From an uncultured archaeon (GTDB lineage Archaea; Iainarchaeota; Iainarchaeia; Iainarchaeales; DATDZZ01), in NCBI GenBank assembly GCA_964373795.1, contig CAYJVY010000007.1, positions 21,385 through 85,384 of the forward strand: DNA of 64,000 nucleotides, written 5' to 3'. The notes under the pieces are model-generated. The model worked only from the letters and a program-made list of their open reading frames with translations, was not told the DNA's origin and ran no database searches. The translations under genes were made by a program, and so were the position numbers. This document shows, piece after piece, positions 20,175 to 29,861 of this stretch. Position 1 is the stretch's first letter; each line of letters starts with the position of its first letter.

Positions 20175-20525
20175 CTATTTCCATTCGAGTTTGTCTCTTA
20201 AACTTATTTTTCCTTTAATTGTTTTTGGTGGAAGCTCAATAATGTATTTTGCTTTCAGTTTTGGAGTGTAATTTAAACTCCACGGTTGAAGATTTTCTAC
20301 TAAATCTATTACTTTTTTTTCTTCATTTAAGAAAACCACGTCTATTGGAGTGAAAACAAACAGCATGTGAATTGATGCTCCAATCATTGTTTCAGAATTT
20401 AAGTGAAAAATTAACGCGAAATCAATTTTTTTTTGAAACATTAAACCTTTTGCTTTAGAGAAAAAGTTTTTCGCATGTTTTACTTTTTTTATTATAATTT
20501 TTTTAGTTGTATTGTTTTCCAACAT
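20175..20525 (-). CDS. DUF192 family protein
   Basis: Motifs GLMFQ…IHMLFVFTPIDVVFLN…YIIELP match the COG1430/DUF192 pattern. Confidence 0.55.
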   Translation of the reverse strand: MLENNTTKKIIIKKVKHAKNFFSKAKGLMFQKKIDFALIFHLNSETMIGASIHMLFVFTPIDVVFLNEEKKVIDLVENLQPWSLNYTPKLKAKYIIELPPKTIKGKISLRDKLEWK

Positions 20526-20526
20526 T

Positions 20527-20790
20527 TTAAGCCTTTTGTTTTTTTAATTCATCCATTGAAGGAACATTTATTTCTTCTAAACTTGTTTTAATTTTTTCAG
20601 AATTAATTTTATGAATTTTAACGCTTTGTTCTTTTTCTTTTAATTTTTTCTTTAAGCGTTTTAATGCATTGTGTAAATCTTTTAATTTAATTTTTTCAAG
20701 TATTTCCAAAGCCTTTGATTTTTCAGTTTTTTTTGTCTTTGTTTTCTTAATTGACTTTATTGCTTTTTTCTTGGCTTTCTTTTCAGGCAT
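20527..20790 (-). CDS. lysine-rich small basic protein
   Basis: 87 aa, about 35% Lys, coiled-coil-like. Function unknown. Confidence 0.35.
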   Translation of the reverse strand: MPEKKAKKKAIKSIKKTKTKKTEKSKALEILEKIKLKDLHNALKRLKKKLKEKEQSVKIHKINSEKIKTSLEEINVPSMDELKKQKA

Positions 20791-20915
20791 GAAATCCTCT
20801 TTAACTAATTTAAATCAAACTTTAATTTATAGTTTTTCTTTCAGTGTTTGAACCAATAAGTTAAAAAAACCCTTATTGATAAGTTTTTTAAGAAGCTTAA
20901 TGGAATTGGTTTTAA

Positions 20916-21614
20916 ATGAATTTGAATTCAATTGCCTTCATTCCAGATGGAAATAGAAGGTTTGCTGGTTTAATGAATATTTCTCTTGCAGAAGCTTATT
21001 CTTTGGGAACTCAAAAAGCTTGGCAAGTAATTGACTGGATTTCAAAGTATAAAGAAATAAAGTTTGGAACTTTTTACACTTTGTCACTTGAAAACCTGCA
21101 AAGAAATAATTTAGAGTTACACATTTTATTTAAATTATTTGAAAACGAGTTAATTAAAGTAAAAAACTCAGATTTTTTTCAAGTAAAAGGAATTAAATTG
21201 AAATTTATTGGAAGAATTGATTTACTGCCTAAAAGCCTTCAAAAACTGGTCTCAGAAGCTGAAAAACAAACTTCTCAAAATACTGAAAAACAAATTAATT
21301 TAGCAATTGGATATAACGGGCAACAAGAAATAGTTGATGCTGCAAAAAAAATTGCTGAAAAATTCAAAAACAATGAATTGAATTTAAATGATTTAAAGCC
21401 TGAAAATTTTAAAAATTATTTATATGAAGACTTTCCTTTTCCTGACTTAATTATTCGCACTTCAGGAGTTGAACGTTTAAGTGCTTTTCTAACATATCAA
21501 TCCAGTTACTCTGAATTAGAATTTATTAACAAGTACTGGCCTGAGTTAAGTGAACAGGATTTAAATAAAGCTATTTCAAATTATTACACTAGAAAAAGAA
21601 CTTTTGGATTGTAA
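20916..21614 (+). CDS. uppS: cis-prenyltransferase (undecaprenyl-diphosphate synthase family)
   Basis: Motif IAFIPDGNRRFA (DGNRRWA-type) plus the conserved C-terminal RTSGE…LS region. Confidence 0.8.
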   Translation: MNLNSIAFIPDGNRRFAGLMNISLAEAYSLGTQKAWQVIDWISKYKEIKFGTFYTLSLENLQRNNLELHILFKLFENELIKVKNSDFFQVKGIKLKFIGRIDLLPKSLQKLVSEAEKQTSQNTEKQINLAIGYNGQQEIVDAAKKIAEKFKNNELNLNDLKPENFKNYLYEDFPFPDLIIRTSGVERLSAFLTYQSSYSELEFINKYWPELSEQDLNKAISNYYTRKRTFGL

Positions 21615-21677
21615 TTTTGATTATAAAATTCTTTCTCATTGTTTTAATTTCTTTTCTACTTTTATTTTTTCTATAAA

Positions 21678-21750
21678 AGCCCCGTAGTGTAGCGGTCAAT
21701 CACGGTGGGTTCTGAACCCGCAAACAGGAGTTCGACTCTCCTCGGGGCTA
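21678..21750 (+). tRNA. tRNA-Gln (anticodon CTG)
   Basis: Hand-folded cloverleaf of 73 nt: acceptor AGCCCCG/CGGGGCT with A1-U72; anticodon stem GTGGG/CCCGC; loop TTCTGAA; T arm AGGAG-TTCGACT-CTCCT; discriminator A; no encoded CCA. Confidence 0.8.
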
Positions 21751-21797
21751 TGAAAATTCTTTTAATTAGTATTACTTTATTTTTTAATGTTGATTTA

Positions 21798-22505
21798 ATG
21801 CAAAAAAAACTTGCAATTTTTGATGTTCACGGAACACTTGTTTTTGCTTTGCCTGCATGGGACAAAGCTTACAGCAAAACAGTTTTTGAATTATTTAGAG
21901 TGAATGGTTCAATCTATGATGCTTTCTTTTTTGCTGCCCCAACAATTCAAGAAGTTTCAAAGGCAATTGCAAAATCAAAAGGCGTTTCTGAAAAAGAATT
22001 AAAAGAAAAAGAGCACTTGATTTTGAAAACCTTTGAAAAGCATGCAATAAACGCTTTACACGAATTGCCTCCCAAAATCTTGCTTGGAGTGAAAGAATTG
22101 CTTAAACTATTGCATGAAAACAACTTTGTTATTGCTTTGTATACTGGAGATTCTTTTAATAATAGTAAACTGATTTTAAAACAAACTTTTTTGAAACAAT
22201 TTTTCAATGAAAAATTGTTTGCCTGTGCAAGTGACTCTGGAGAACTTAGTAGAAGAAAGACTTTGGAAGAAGCAATTAAAAAAGCTGAGAAAAAGTTTGG
22301 AAAATTTGAAAAGAAAAATATTTTTGTTTTTGATGATTCAACTAAAGGATTAAATGCAGGAAAAGAGCTTGAAATTAAAACTGTTGCAGTTAATACAGTG
22401 CCAGAAAAATTTGAAAAACTGGAAAAATGTAATCCAAATTACTTGTTTAAGGATTTTAGTTCTCCTGAAAAGGTATTTAAAACAATTTTTCAAGAAAATT
22501 TGTGA
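21798..22505 (+). CDS. HAD-superfamily hydrolase (beta-phosphoglucomutase-like)
   Basis: Motif I LAIFDVHGTLV (DxHGT). The ORF track starts inside the tRNA at 21705; the Met at 21798 (or 21750) is the more plausible start. Confidence 0.6.
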   Translation: MQKKLAIFDVHGTLVFALPAWDKAYSKTVFELFRVNGSIYDAFFFAAPTIQEVSKAIAKSKGVSEKELKEKEHLILKTFEKHAINALHELPPKILLGVKELLKLLHENNFVIALYTGDSFNNSKLILKQTFLKQFFNEKLFACASDSGELSRRKTLEEAIKKAEKKFGKFEKKNIFVFDDSTKGLNAGKELEIKTVAVNTVPEKFEKLEKCNPNYLFKDFSSPEKVFKTIFQENL

Positions 22506-22515
22506 AGGTGACTTA

Positions 22516-22911
22516 ATGAAAGAATCTTTTCAAAAGCTAATTGATTTGTTGAATGAATTGCATGGCCCTAATGGTTGTTCTCATGACAAACAGCAAACAA
22601 TTCAGTCTTGGAAATATAAAATAGTTGAAGAAGCTAAAGAAATTTCAGAAGAAATTTCTTCAGGGGATATTGAATCATTAAAAGAAGAATTAGGGGATTT
22701 TTTGTGGGTTGCATTGCAATTGATTCATATAGGGGAAAGAGATGGTTTGTTTAAAGCAAAAGATGTGCTTAACGGAGTTGCAGCAAAAATTATTAGAAGA
22801 CATCCACATGTATTTGGTAACGAAATTGCGAAAACTCCTGAAGAAGCTGCAGCTATTTGGAATAGAGTTAAAGGACAAGAAAAGCTTGCAAAAAAGAATT
22901 TAAAAAAATAA
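22516..22911 (+). CDS. MazG-family nucleoside triphosphate pyrophosphohydrolase
   Basis: Motifs EELGDFLWVALQL and KIIRRHPHVFG. I set the start at ATG 22516; the upstream part of the ORF-track extension overlaps the preceding gene. Confidence 0.75.
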   Translation: MKESFQKLIDLLNELHGPNGCSHDKQQTIQSWKYKIVEEAKEISEEISSGDIESLKEELGDFLWVALQLIHIGERDGLFKAKDVLNGVAAKIIRRHPHVFGNEIAKTPEEAAAIWNRVKGQEKLAKKNLKK

Positions 22912-22915
22912 TTTT

Positions 22916-23296
22916 TTGAGGGAGAAAATGTTTGTAAAAAAATTCAATGACTGCAAAGAAATAATTGCAGCTGATGGCACGATTCTGCGGGAAACCTTGC
23001 ATCCAATTAGAAGTAATGTGAAAATTGATTATAGTATTGCTCATGCAAAGGTTTTGCCTGGCAAGAAATCCAAAATTCATTCTTTGGCTTTTTCAGAAGT
23101 ATACTACATTATTAGAGGAAAAGGAGTAATGCATATTGGAAATGAATTTCAAAAAGTGAAAGCAAGGGACACAATTTTTATTCCGCCTAAAACAAATCAA
23201 TGGATTGAAAATACTGGGAAAACGGTTTTAGAGTTTCTAGCAATTGTTAATCCTGCTTGGGAACTAGAAGCAGAATTGGGAGAGCAAAAGAATTAG
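22916..23296 (+). CDS. cupin-domain protein
   Basis: 126-aa small beta-barrel pattern: …VYYIIRGKGVMHIGNEFQKVKARDTIFIPP…. Confidence 0.55.
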   Translation: MREKMFVKKFNDCKEIIAADGTILRETLHPIRSNVKIDYSIAHAKVLPGKKSKIHSLAFSEVYYIIRGKGVMHIGNEFQKVKARDTIFIPPKTNQWIENTGKTVLEFLAIVNPAWELEAELGEQKN

Positions 23297-24441
23297 CTCA
23301 TCATGAATTTAATTACTTGAGGAAATAAAGTTATATAGTGTGGATTGCGAAGCATTTGTGGAATGAATTTTGTTAAAAACTCCATGTCTCCTTTTTCGGA
23401 TAAATAGTCTTGAACTCTTAATTGAACTAGTTTTTTAATTAATTTATTTATTTCTTCATTGCTTAATGAATTGAAAAAATTTCTAATTTTTGAATGAAGC
23501 TTTAATTCTCTATGGATTCTGGATAAATTTTTTTCATATTTTTCTAGAGGGGTTTTGTGTTTTAAATGATCGGAAATTGTTTTGCTTAAAACATCTCCAG
23601 CCATCATTCCAAATAATATTCCTCCTCCAGTTGTTTTTTTGCAGTGAAAAGCTGCATCTCCAACTAAAAACATGTTGTCTTTAAATAATGGGCTTAAAGG
23701 ATCTCCGTAAGGAATTAGCGAGGAATCAATTTCAAATTGATCTATTTGTAAGTTTTTTGCTTCAATGAATTCTTGAAATTTTTCTTTCACGTTTGCTCCT
23801 AAATTTGTTCCAAACCCGATTTTAGCTGTTTCTTTGTTTTCTGGAATTATCCATGCAAAATAGTTTGGAGCAAAATTTCCTATATGCATTTCCACAAAAT
23901 CTGGATTGAAAGAGCCTTTAGCGCGAATTTGAATTGAGTGAATAAAGTTTTCTTTTGGAACGGTTATTCCCATTAATTCCCTTACTTTAGAGTTAACTCC
24001 GTCTGCTCCAACTAAAAACCTTGTTTTAAGCATTTCTCCTCTGTTCTCTTTTTTAATGAAAATTTTTTCGCCTTTCACGTCAAGTAATTGTGCTTGAGTC
24101 AGTATTTCTGCTCCTGCATTTTGTGCTTTTTTTGCAAGCAATTTATCAAATTTTGCTCTATCCACTACGAATGCAACAAAGTCTTTTCTTTTCACTTCAA
24201 GCATTGAATTATCTGGAGAAAAAATTTTTGCTCCTTTAACTACATTTAATACAATGTCTTCCAAGTCAATTCCTAGTTCTTTTACTCCGCTTCTACTAAC
24301 TAGTCCAGAGCAATGGGTCGGCACTCCTATTTGAGGATGCTCTTCTAATACTTTTACTTCCCATCCTTCGAACGCAAGTTTTTCAGCTGTTCTTAAACCT
24401 GCAGGCCCTCCTCCTACTATTGTAATCATTGTTTCAGTCAT
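23293..24441 (-). CDS. FAD-dependent geranylgeranyl reductase family (digeranylgeranylglycerophospholipid reductase-like)
   Basis: N-terminal IVGGGPAGLRTAEKLA Rossmann motif, a THCSGLVS region, and a GDAAFHCKKTTGGGI C-terminal FAD motif. Length and pattern fit archaeal lipid reductases. Confidence 0.8.
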   Translation of the reverse strand: MTETMITIVGGGPAGLRTAEKLAFEGWEVKVLEEHPQIGVPTHCSGLVSRSGVKELGIDLEDIVLNVVKGAKIFSPDNSMLEVKRKDFVAFVVDRAKFDKLLAKKAQNAGAEILTQAQLLDVKGEKIFIKKENRGEMLKTRFLVGADGVNSKVRELMGITVPKENFIHSIQIRAKGSFNPDFVEMHIGNFAPNYFAWIIPENKETAKIGFGTNLGANVKEKFQEFIEAKNLQIDQFEIDSSLIPYGDPLSPLFKDNMFLVGDAAFHCKKTTGGGILFGMMAGDVLSKTISDHLKHKTPLEKYEKNLSRIHRELKLHSKIRNFFNSLSNEEINKLIKKLVQLRVQDYLSEKGDMEFLTKFIPQMLRNPHYITLFPQVIKFMMS

Positions 24442-24518
24442 TCAATAAAGTTTATTTGCGTTAATTATTTAAATAATTAGATAAACAATATTTGTAAACT
24501 TTTTATTGTGAAAGGATT

Positions 24519-24884
24519 ATGGTTTTAACTGAATTTTATGGATTAATTGCTTTACTTGTTTTTTTGTTTGTTCCAGGTTATTTTTTAGCTTTAGGTTTTT
24601 TTCCAAGCAAGAAAGAAATTGATTTACTTGAAAGACTTGTTTTTTCATTTGTTTTTTCTATTTCATTTATTCCTTTAATTGTCTTAATTGTAAATCAATT
24701 GCTTGGAATTAAAATTGATTTTGTTTCAGTTTTTGCAATAATTGTTTTCTTGATTTTTATTGGATTAATTAGTTATTTGATTAGAGTTCAACAAATAATT
24801 GTTCCGGAAAAGCTTTACCTTGTTTGGCCTAAAATTGATAAAAATGATGCTTTTCCTTTGCTTCCAAAAATTAGTAAAAACTAG
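24519..24884 (+). CDS. small membrane protein, unknown
   Basis: 121 aa with 3 hydrophobic helices. Confidence 0.4.
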   Translation: MVLTEFYGLIALLVFLFVPGYFLALGFFPSKKEIDLLERLVFSFVFSISFIPLIVLIVNQLLGIKIDFVSVFAIIVFLIFIGLISYLIRVQQIIVPEKLYLVWPKIDKNDAFPLLPKISKN

Positions 24885-24887
24885 TTT

Positions 24888-27800
24888 TCAATTTTTTTTC
24901 TGAATTACTTTTTTTAAGTCTTCAAAAATTCTTATAGGTTTTTTTACTTTTTTTTCCTTTAACTCAAAGCTTTTTCTTTTTTGTGAATCAGTTTTTGGAG
25001 AAAGCGCTTCTAAATTAGTTTTAACTGTTTTACTCATTGATGCTGTAAACTCTGTTACTTGTTTTGGATTTGAGTAAGCATAGTATCCTCCTCCAATTAC
25101 TCCAAGTATTAATGCAATTAGAACTAATCCAAGTAAAATATCGAAGGGGTTGAATTCGGACACTGTTATTAAAGCTGTTGGATTTAAGGTTTCCTTTAAT
25201 TGGTCTTTTGAAACACTTGTTTCTTTGTTTAATAAAATTGGAGGGCTTTTGAATTTTTCTATTACTTTTTCTTCAATTAAACTTTTTTTCTTTTCTTCAG
25301 TTATTTTTTCTTTTAAAGAATAACTTACCTTAATTGTTTCCCCTGCCTTCACGTTTTCTAAATTGAATTTAATTACTGGATCGTCTTCAATTATTTCAAA
25401 ATTATAATCAGATTCAATTTGAATTGCTTTTTCAGTTAATTCTTTTGGAATTACTTCAATTAATTGAATGTTTTGATCTGCATTTGAATCGTTAGTGAAA
25501 TTTAATTCAATTTGCACTTTAAATAACGCTTTATTTTCATCGCTTACTTCGTTTAAATCAATTAAATTTAATTTTCTTGCAACATTGTTTTTTTCAAGTA
25601 ATTTAACTGCTTCTTCAATTAATCCTTTGTCTTTTAAAACTTCTTCAACTAGTTTTTGAGTTAAATCTTTATTGAAGTCATAGCTTTGAGTTTTAATTAC
25701 TTTTTCTTCTACTTTTGTTTTTCCTTCAATTCTTACTTTCAATGTTTTTTCCTCTATATTTTCAGCTTTATCTTTTACAATTGCTTTTAAAGTATACTCA
25801 CCTGAATCCAAATTGTTTAAATTCCATGAAAACTTAAATTCATTTTTATCACTTAAAGAACTTGATCCGATTTTAGTGTTATTATAATAAAATTCAACTT
25901 CTTTTACTCCGCTTAATGAATCAAATGCCTCTACTTTTAATTCAACAGAGTTTTTCAAACTTGCATTTATGCTAGGCGACAACCATTTAATTGAAGGCTT
26001 TTCCTTATCTAAACTGAAGTTTTTCTTTAAATTACAACTTGCCTTTGCAGAATCCAAACCAATTATGTAGAATTCTGCTTCTCCTGTGTTTTTATCTATT
26101 GAATTAATGTCTACTGTAATGCTTGCCCCGTTTAAATCTTTTTTAATTGTTAAATATTTTTCTCCAAAGAATTTTACTTGAATAGTTGTATTACTTAAAC
26201 TTCCTCCGCTTGAATTCACTGTAACTGTTTTAATTCCTTGATTTAAATATTCTGGTAAATCAGTTGAAAGAGTTAAACTGCATTGAGTAATTGTTGGAGA
26301 ATTATTTGATGTAGGAGTGGTTACACTTACGCTGATTTTGTCTGAAGTATTTGAAGCATTTCCTGCTTTATCAATTGCTTTAATTTTATAATAATATGTT
26401 CCGTTTGACAAGGTTTCAGTATATGAATTACTTGTTGCATCAGCTATTTTGTTTGATGAATCTGCATTGAAATCAGGGTTTGTTGACCTGTAAAGCTCGT
26501 ATTTACTTATTCCACTTAAATCACTTGAAGTATTCCATGAAAGAGTTACTTTTCCGCTTGAATCACTTGAACCATTAAAGCCATCTGGAATTCCTGGAGA
26601 AGTTTTATCAATGTTTATAGTGAAATGAGTAGTGCTTCCCCATAGAACTCCATTAAATGCTCTTATATGAAAATAATAGGTTCCATCTGCTTTTCCTGAA
26701 TACGATGTGTTCAAATTAGTTCCTTCACTTGTTTCATCTGCTGTTGTTCCACTGCTTTGATCTAATAAATATGAATAACCTGTTGCTCCGCTTACTGCAC
26801 TCCAAGAAACATTTACGTCGTTTACTGCATACCAATTTGTTTCAGTTGGATGAGTTGAACTTGAAACGCTTACATTTCCTGGGCCAGTGCAAACAATTGG
26901 AGTAGCATTTTTGTCTCCTGAATTTATTGGGCCTTCATTTCCAGCTAAATCCACTGCGCTTAGCTTGTAAAAATAATTTGTTCCATTGCCTAACGCGTTT
27001 GAATCAGTGTAAACACAACTTGTCGAAGAACAATTATTGTGTGAAAATTTTCCTATATTTGTTTGACCATTTAAATCAACACTTGAATCAAAGTCTCTGT
27101 AAATTTTGTAATAATTAATTTTTCCTGCATCAGTATTTGGAGTCCAAGTTAATTTAATTGATGCATTGCAGGCTTCACTTAAAGTTGGAGCATTAACTGC
27201 GGCAGGCGCATTAGTGTCATTTACAGTTAAGTTTGCTGTTGAAGAAACGTTTTTGTCTTCGTTTCCAGCTAAATCAATTGCTGTTACTGCAAAATAATAT
27301 TTAGTATTAAAATCTAATCCGCTTACAGTTGAAAGAGTTGTTCCGCTTGAAATTATTTTTGTTGCAGTTAATCCTGAAACACTGGTAATGCTTGAAGTTG
27401 AATAATATATTTTGTATTGATTTGCATCTGAAACTACACTCCAAGAAACATTTACATCTGATCCATTTGATAAATCTATTGCACTAACTCCTGTTACATC
27501 ATTTGGAGCAATAGAGTCAACTGTAAAACTAAATACAGATTGAGTTGCAGAGTTTCCTGCTTTATCGTTTACATCAATTGAAACACTTATGCTTCCTTCA
27601 TTGAAATCATTTGAAGGAGTAAAAGTTAATGTTCCATTTGAATAACTTATTTCACTTGAACTTGTAGTGAAATTATTTCCTGCTATTTTTACTAAAATTG
27701 TTGAAGTGTTTACGTCTGAAGTTGAATCACTTATTGAAGCAGTTATTGGAATTCTTTTATTGCTAGTGTTTAAACCATTTGCAGGAGAATTATTTGAAAT

Positions 27801-28181
27801 TATTGGATTTAATCTGTCTAAAGTAATTTGAGCAGTGGCATCTTGAGTTGAATAATTTCCATCTAAATTAAATGCTCTGAAATAAACTGTTTTAAGTCCA
27901 TCACTTGAGTTGCATCCAGTTGAAAGAGTTGTTAAATTAAAAGTTGTTGTTGTTGCATAGTTTTCCAATGCACTAAAATTGCTTCCATTGCAAGAGAATT
28001 GCATTTGATTTGCATCTGTTGCAAAAATATTTAATGTTACAACTGCATTTTTTGAATACACAGCGTTATTGTTAATATTTACATCTAGATTTGCTGGAAT
28101 GCCTGCTTCTACTGAGGAAAGAAAAAACAGTATTAACAAAGTTAATGAAAACAGTATTTGTGCTTGTCGGATATCTATCAC
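24888..28181 (-). CDS. large secreted surface protein (S-layer/adhesin-like) with FN3-like repeats and C-terminal TM anchor
   Basis: 1097 aa. Signal peptide …LFFLSSVEA; multiple Ig/FN3-like repeats (YKIYYSTS, YYKIYRDFD, YELYRSTNPDF); C-terminal helix LLGLVLIALILGVIGGGYYAY plus a basic tail; more than 35 N-x-S/T sequons. Confidence 0.7.
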   Translation of the reverse strand: MIDIRQAQILFSLTLLILFFLSSVEAGIPANLDVNINNNAVYSKNAVVTLNIFATDANQMQFSCNGSNFSALENYATTTTFNLTTLSTGCNSSDGLKTVYFRAFNLDGNYSTQDATAQITLDRLNPIISNNSPANGLNTSNKRIPITASISDSTSDVNTSTILVKIAGNNFTTSSSEISYSNGTLTFTPSNDFNEGSISVSIDVNDKAGNSATQSVFSFTVDSIAPNDVTGVSAIDLSNGSDVNVSWSVVSDANQYKIYYSTSSITSVSGLTATKIISSGTTLSTVSGLDFNTKYYFAVTAIDLAGNEDKNVSSTANLTVNDTNAPAAVNAPTLSEACNASIKLTWTPNTDAGKINYYKIYRDFDSSVDLNGQTNIGKFSHNNCSSTSCVYTDSNALGNGTNYFYKLSAVDLAGNEGPINSGDKNATPIVCTGPGNVSVSSSTHPTETNWYAVNDVNVSWSAVSGATGYSYLLDQSSGTTADETSEGTNLNTSYSGKADGTYYFHIRAFNGVLWGSTTHFTINIDKTSPGIPDGFNGSSDSSGKVTLSWNTSSDLSGISKYELYRSTNPDFNADSSNKIADATSNSYTETLSNGTYYYKIKAIDKAGNASNTSDKISVSVTTPTSNNSPTITQCSLTLSTDLPEYLNQGIKTVTVNSSGGSLSNTTIQVKFFGEKYLTIKKDLNGASITVDINSIDKNTGEAEFYIIGLDSAKASCNLKKNFSLDKEKPSIKWLSPSINASLKNSVELKVEAFDSLSGVKEVEFYYNNTKIGSSSLSDKNEFKFSWNLNNLDSGEYTLKAIVKDKAENIEEKTLKVRIEGKTKVEEKVIKTQSYDFNKDLTQKLVEEVLKDKGLIEEAVKLLEKNNVARKLNLIDLNEVSDENKALFKVQIELNFTNDSNADQNIQLIEVIPKELTEKAIQIESDYNFEIIEDDPVIKFNLENVKAGETIKVSYSLKEKITEEKKKSLIEEKVIEKFKSPPILLNKETSVSKDQLKETLNPTALITVSEFNPFDILLGLVLIALILGVIGGGYYAYSNPKQVTEFTASMSKTVKTNLEALSPKTDSQKRKSFELKEKKVKKPIRIFEDLKKVIQKKN

Positions 28182-28320
28182 CCACTAACTATAAAATTTA
28201 ATGTTTAGGTTGTATTTAAATTCTTTGCAGAGCTATTTTAATTAAGTTTTAGGCTTTTTGTATTGGAGTTAAATTTTTATTTACTTTAATAGTTATTAAT
28301 AATTAATTTGGAGGATTTTT

Positions 28321-28893
28321 ATGGTTTGGCTTTTAATTGCTGCAGGTTTTTTTGGATTAATTGTTTTAGTTGTATTGTTTTTTGTCATAATTTTCAATGG
28401 ATTAGTTGTTTCTCGAAACAGAATTGATAATGCTTGGAGTCAGATTGATGTTCAGTTAAAGAAAAGATTTGATTTGATTCCTAACTTGGTTGAATCAGTT
28501 AAAGCTTATATGAAGCATGAAAGAGGTACTCTTGATCAATTGACTCAGGCTAGAACTCAGTGGCAGAATGCAAAAAACCTTCAAGAAAAAGCAGTTGCAA
28601 CTGACTTGTTAACTGGAGCATTAAAATCCTTATTTGCTGTGGCAGAAAATTATCCTAATCTGAGGGCAAGTGAAACTTTTTTGTTGTTGCAACAAGATAT
28701 TTCTTCTATTGAAAACAAGATTGCTTATGCAAGACAATTTTATAACGATGCAGTTTTGTCTTATAATAATTCAATTCATACAATTCCTTCAAACATTGTA
28801 GCAATGCTATTAAATTTTAAAGAAAAAGATTACTTTGAAATCCAAGAACAAGAAAAAGAAAAATTTACAGTAGGAGAACTATTCAAAAAATAA
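28321..28893 (+). CDS. LemA family protein
   Basis: N-terminal transmembrane helix, then …RNRIDNAWSQIDVQLKKRFDLIPNLVE…, the LemA signature. Confidence 0.8.
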   Translation: MVWLLIAAGFFGLIVLVVLFFVIIFNGLVVSRNRIDNAWSQIDVQLKKRFDLIPNLVESVKAYMKHERGTLDQLTQARTQWQNAKNLQEKAVATDLLTGALKSLFAVAENYPNLRASETFLLLQQDISSIENKIAYARQFYNDAVLSYNNSIHTIPSNIVAMLLNFKEKDYFEIQEQEKEKFTVGELFKK

Positions 28894-28919
28894 TTTTTTT
28901 GAATTTTTAAGGTGAGTGT

Positions 28920-29798
28920 TTGATTTATGATGAAATTAATCATAATAAAAACATGACCTTAATTTTGTGTTCAGTTTTTTTTGTTTTTGTATTAATTTTT
29001 TTTTCAATAATTTTTGGATTGATTTTTAGATCAAGTTTTCTTGGATTATTAATTTCTTTTATCATTTCTATTTCAATGGTTTTGTTTTCATATTATTTTT
29101 CTGATTCAATTGTTTTGAAAATTTCTAATGCTAAAGAGGCTTCAAAAAAAGATTATCATTATTTGCATGAGGTTGTAGATAGTCTTTGCATTGGAATTGG
29201 TTTGCCTGTGCCAAAAAAATATGTAATTGAGGATTCTGCATTAAATGCTTTTGCCACTGGTAGAGATCAAGAGCATTCAGTTGTATGCATTACTACTGGC
29301 TTGCTTGAAAAACTTGATAGACAAGAATTAGAAGGAGTAATTGCCCATGAATTATCTCATATAAAAAATTACGATATTAGATTGCAAACAGTTATTGTTG
29401 TTTTAGTTGGACTTGTTACTCTTGTAAGTGATTTAATTTTGAGAATGGCTTTTCGTTCTCGAGGTGGAAGAAGTGGTAAAGGAGCAGCAATTCTTTTACT
29501 TATTGGATTGCCTTTGGCTTTACTATCTCCAGTTATTGCAAACATTATTAAGTTAGCTATTTCTAGGCAAAGAGAATATTTAGCTGATGCTTCTGCTGCC
29601 TTGCTCACTAAAAACCCTGACGGATTGGCTTCTGCTTTGGAAAAAATCTCTAAAGATAAAGAAGAATTAGAAGCCGCAAACAATGCAACTGCTCATTTAT
29701 TTTTTGTTAATCCTTTTAAAAATAAAAATTTTTTAACTAATTTGTTTTCAACTCATCCTCCAATTCAAGAAAGAATTGCTCGCTTGAGAAAAATTTAA
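28920..29798 (+). CDS. htpX: HtpX-like M48 zinc metalloprotease
   Basis: HELSHIKNYD (HExxH) motif, 4 transmembrane helices, and a downstream Glu in …REYLADA…. Confidence 0.85.
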   Translation: MIYDEINHNKNMTLILCSVFFVFVLIFFSIIFGLIFRSSFLGLLISFIISISMVLFSYYFSDSIVLKISNAKEASKKDYHYLHEVVDSLCIGIGLPVPKKYVIEDSALNAFATGRDQEHSVVCITTGLLEKLDRQELEGVIAHELSHIKNYDIRLQTVIVVLVGLVTLVSDLILRMAFRSRGGRSGKGAAILLLIGLPLALLSPVIANIIKLAISRQREYLADASAALLTKNPDGLASALEKISKDKEELEAANNATAHLFFVNPFKNKNFLTNLFSTHPPIQERIARLRKI

Positions 29799-29861
29799 TC
29801 TTTTAATTAATATTTTGAATAGTTTTTTTAATTGTTGTTGGTTAAATTTTATAGTGATTGA

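Noticed and set aside
24464-24481. 9+9-bp AT-only palindrome TAATTATTTAAATAATTA in the lipid-reductase gene/24519 divergent promoter
   Set aside because: Pure A/T palindromes of this length occur by chance in 30% GC DNA, and it is indistinguishable from a TATA/BRE region. It has lower information content than the 4893-4918 palindrome.
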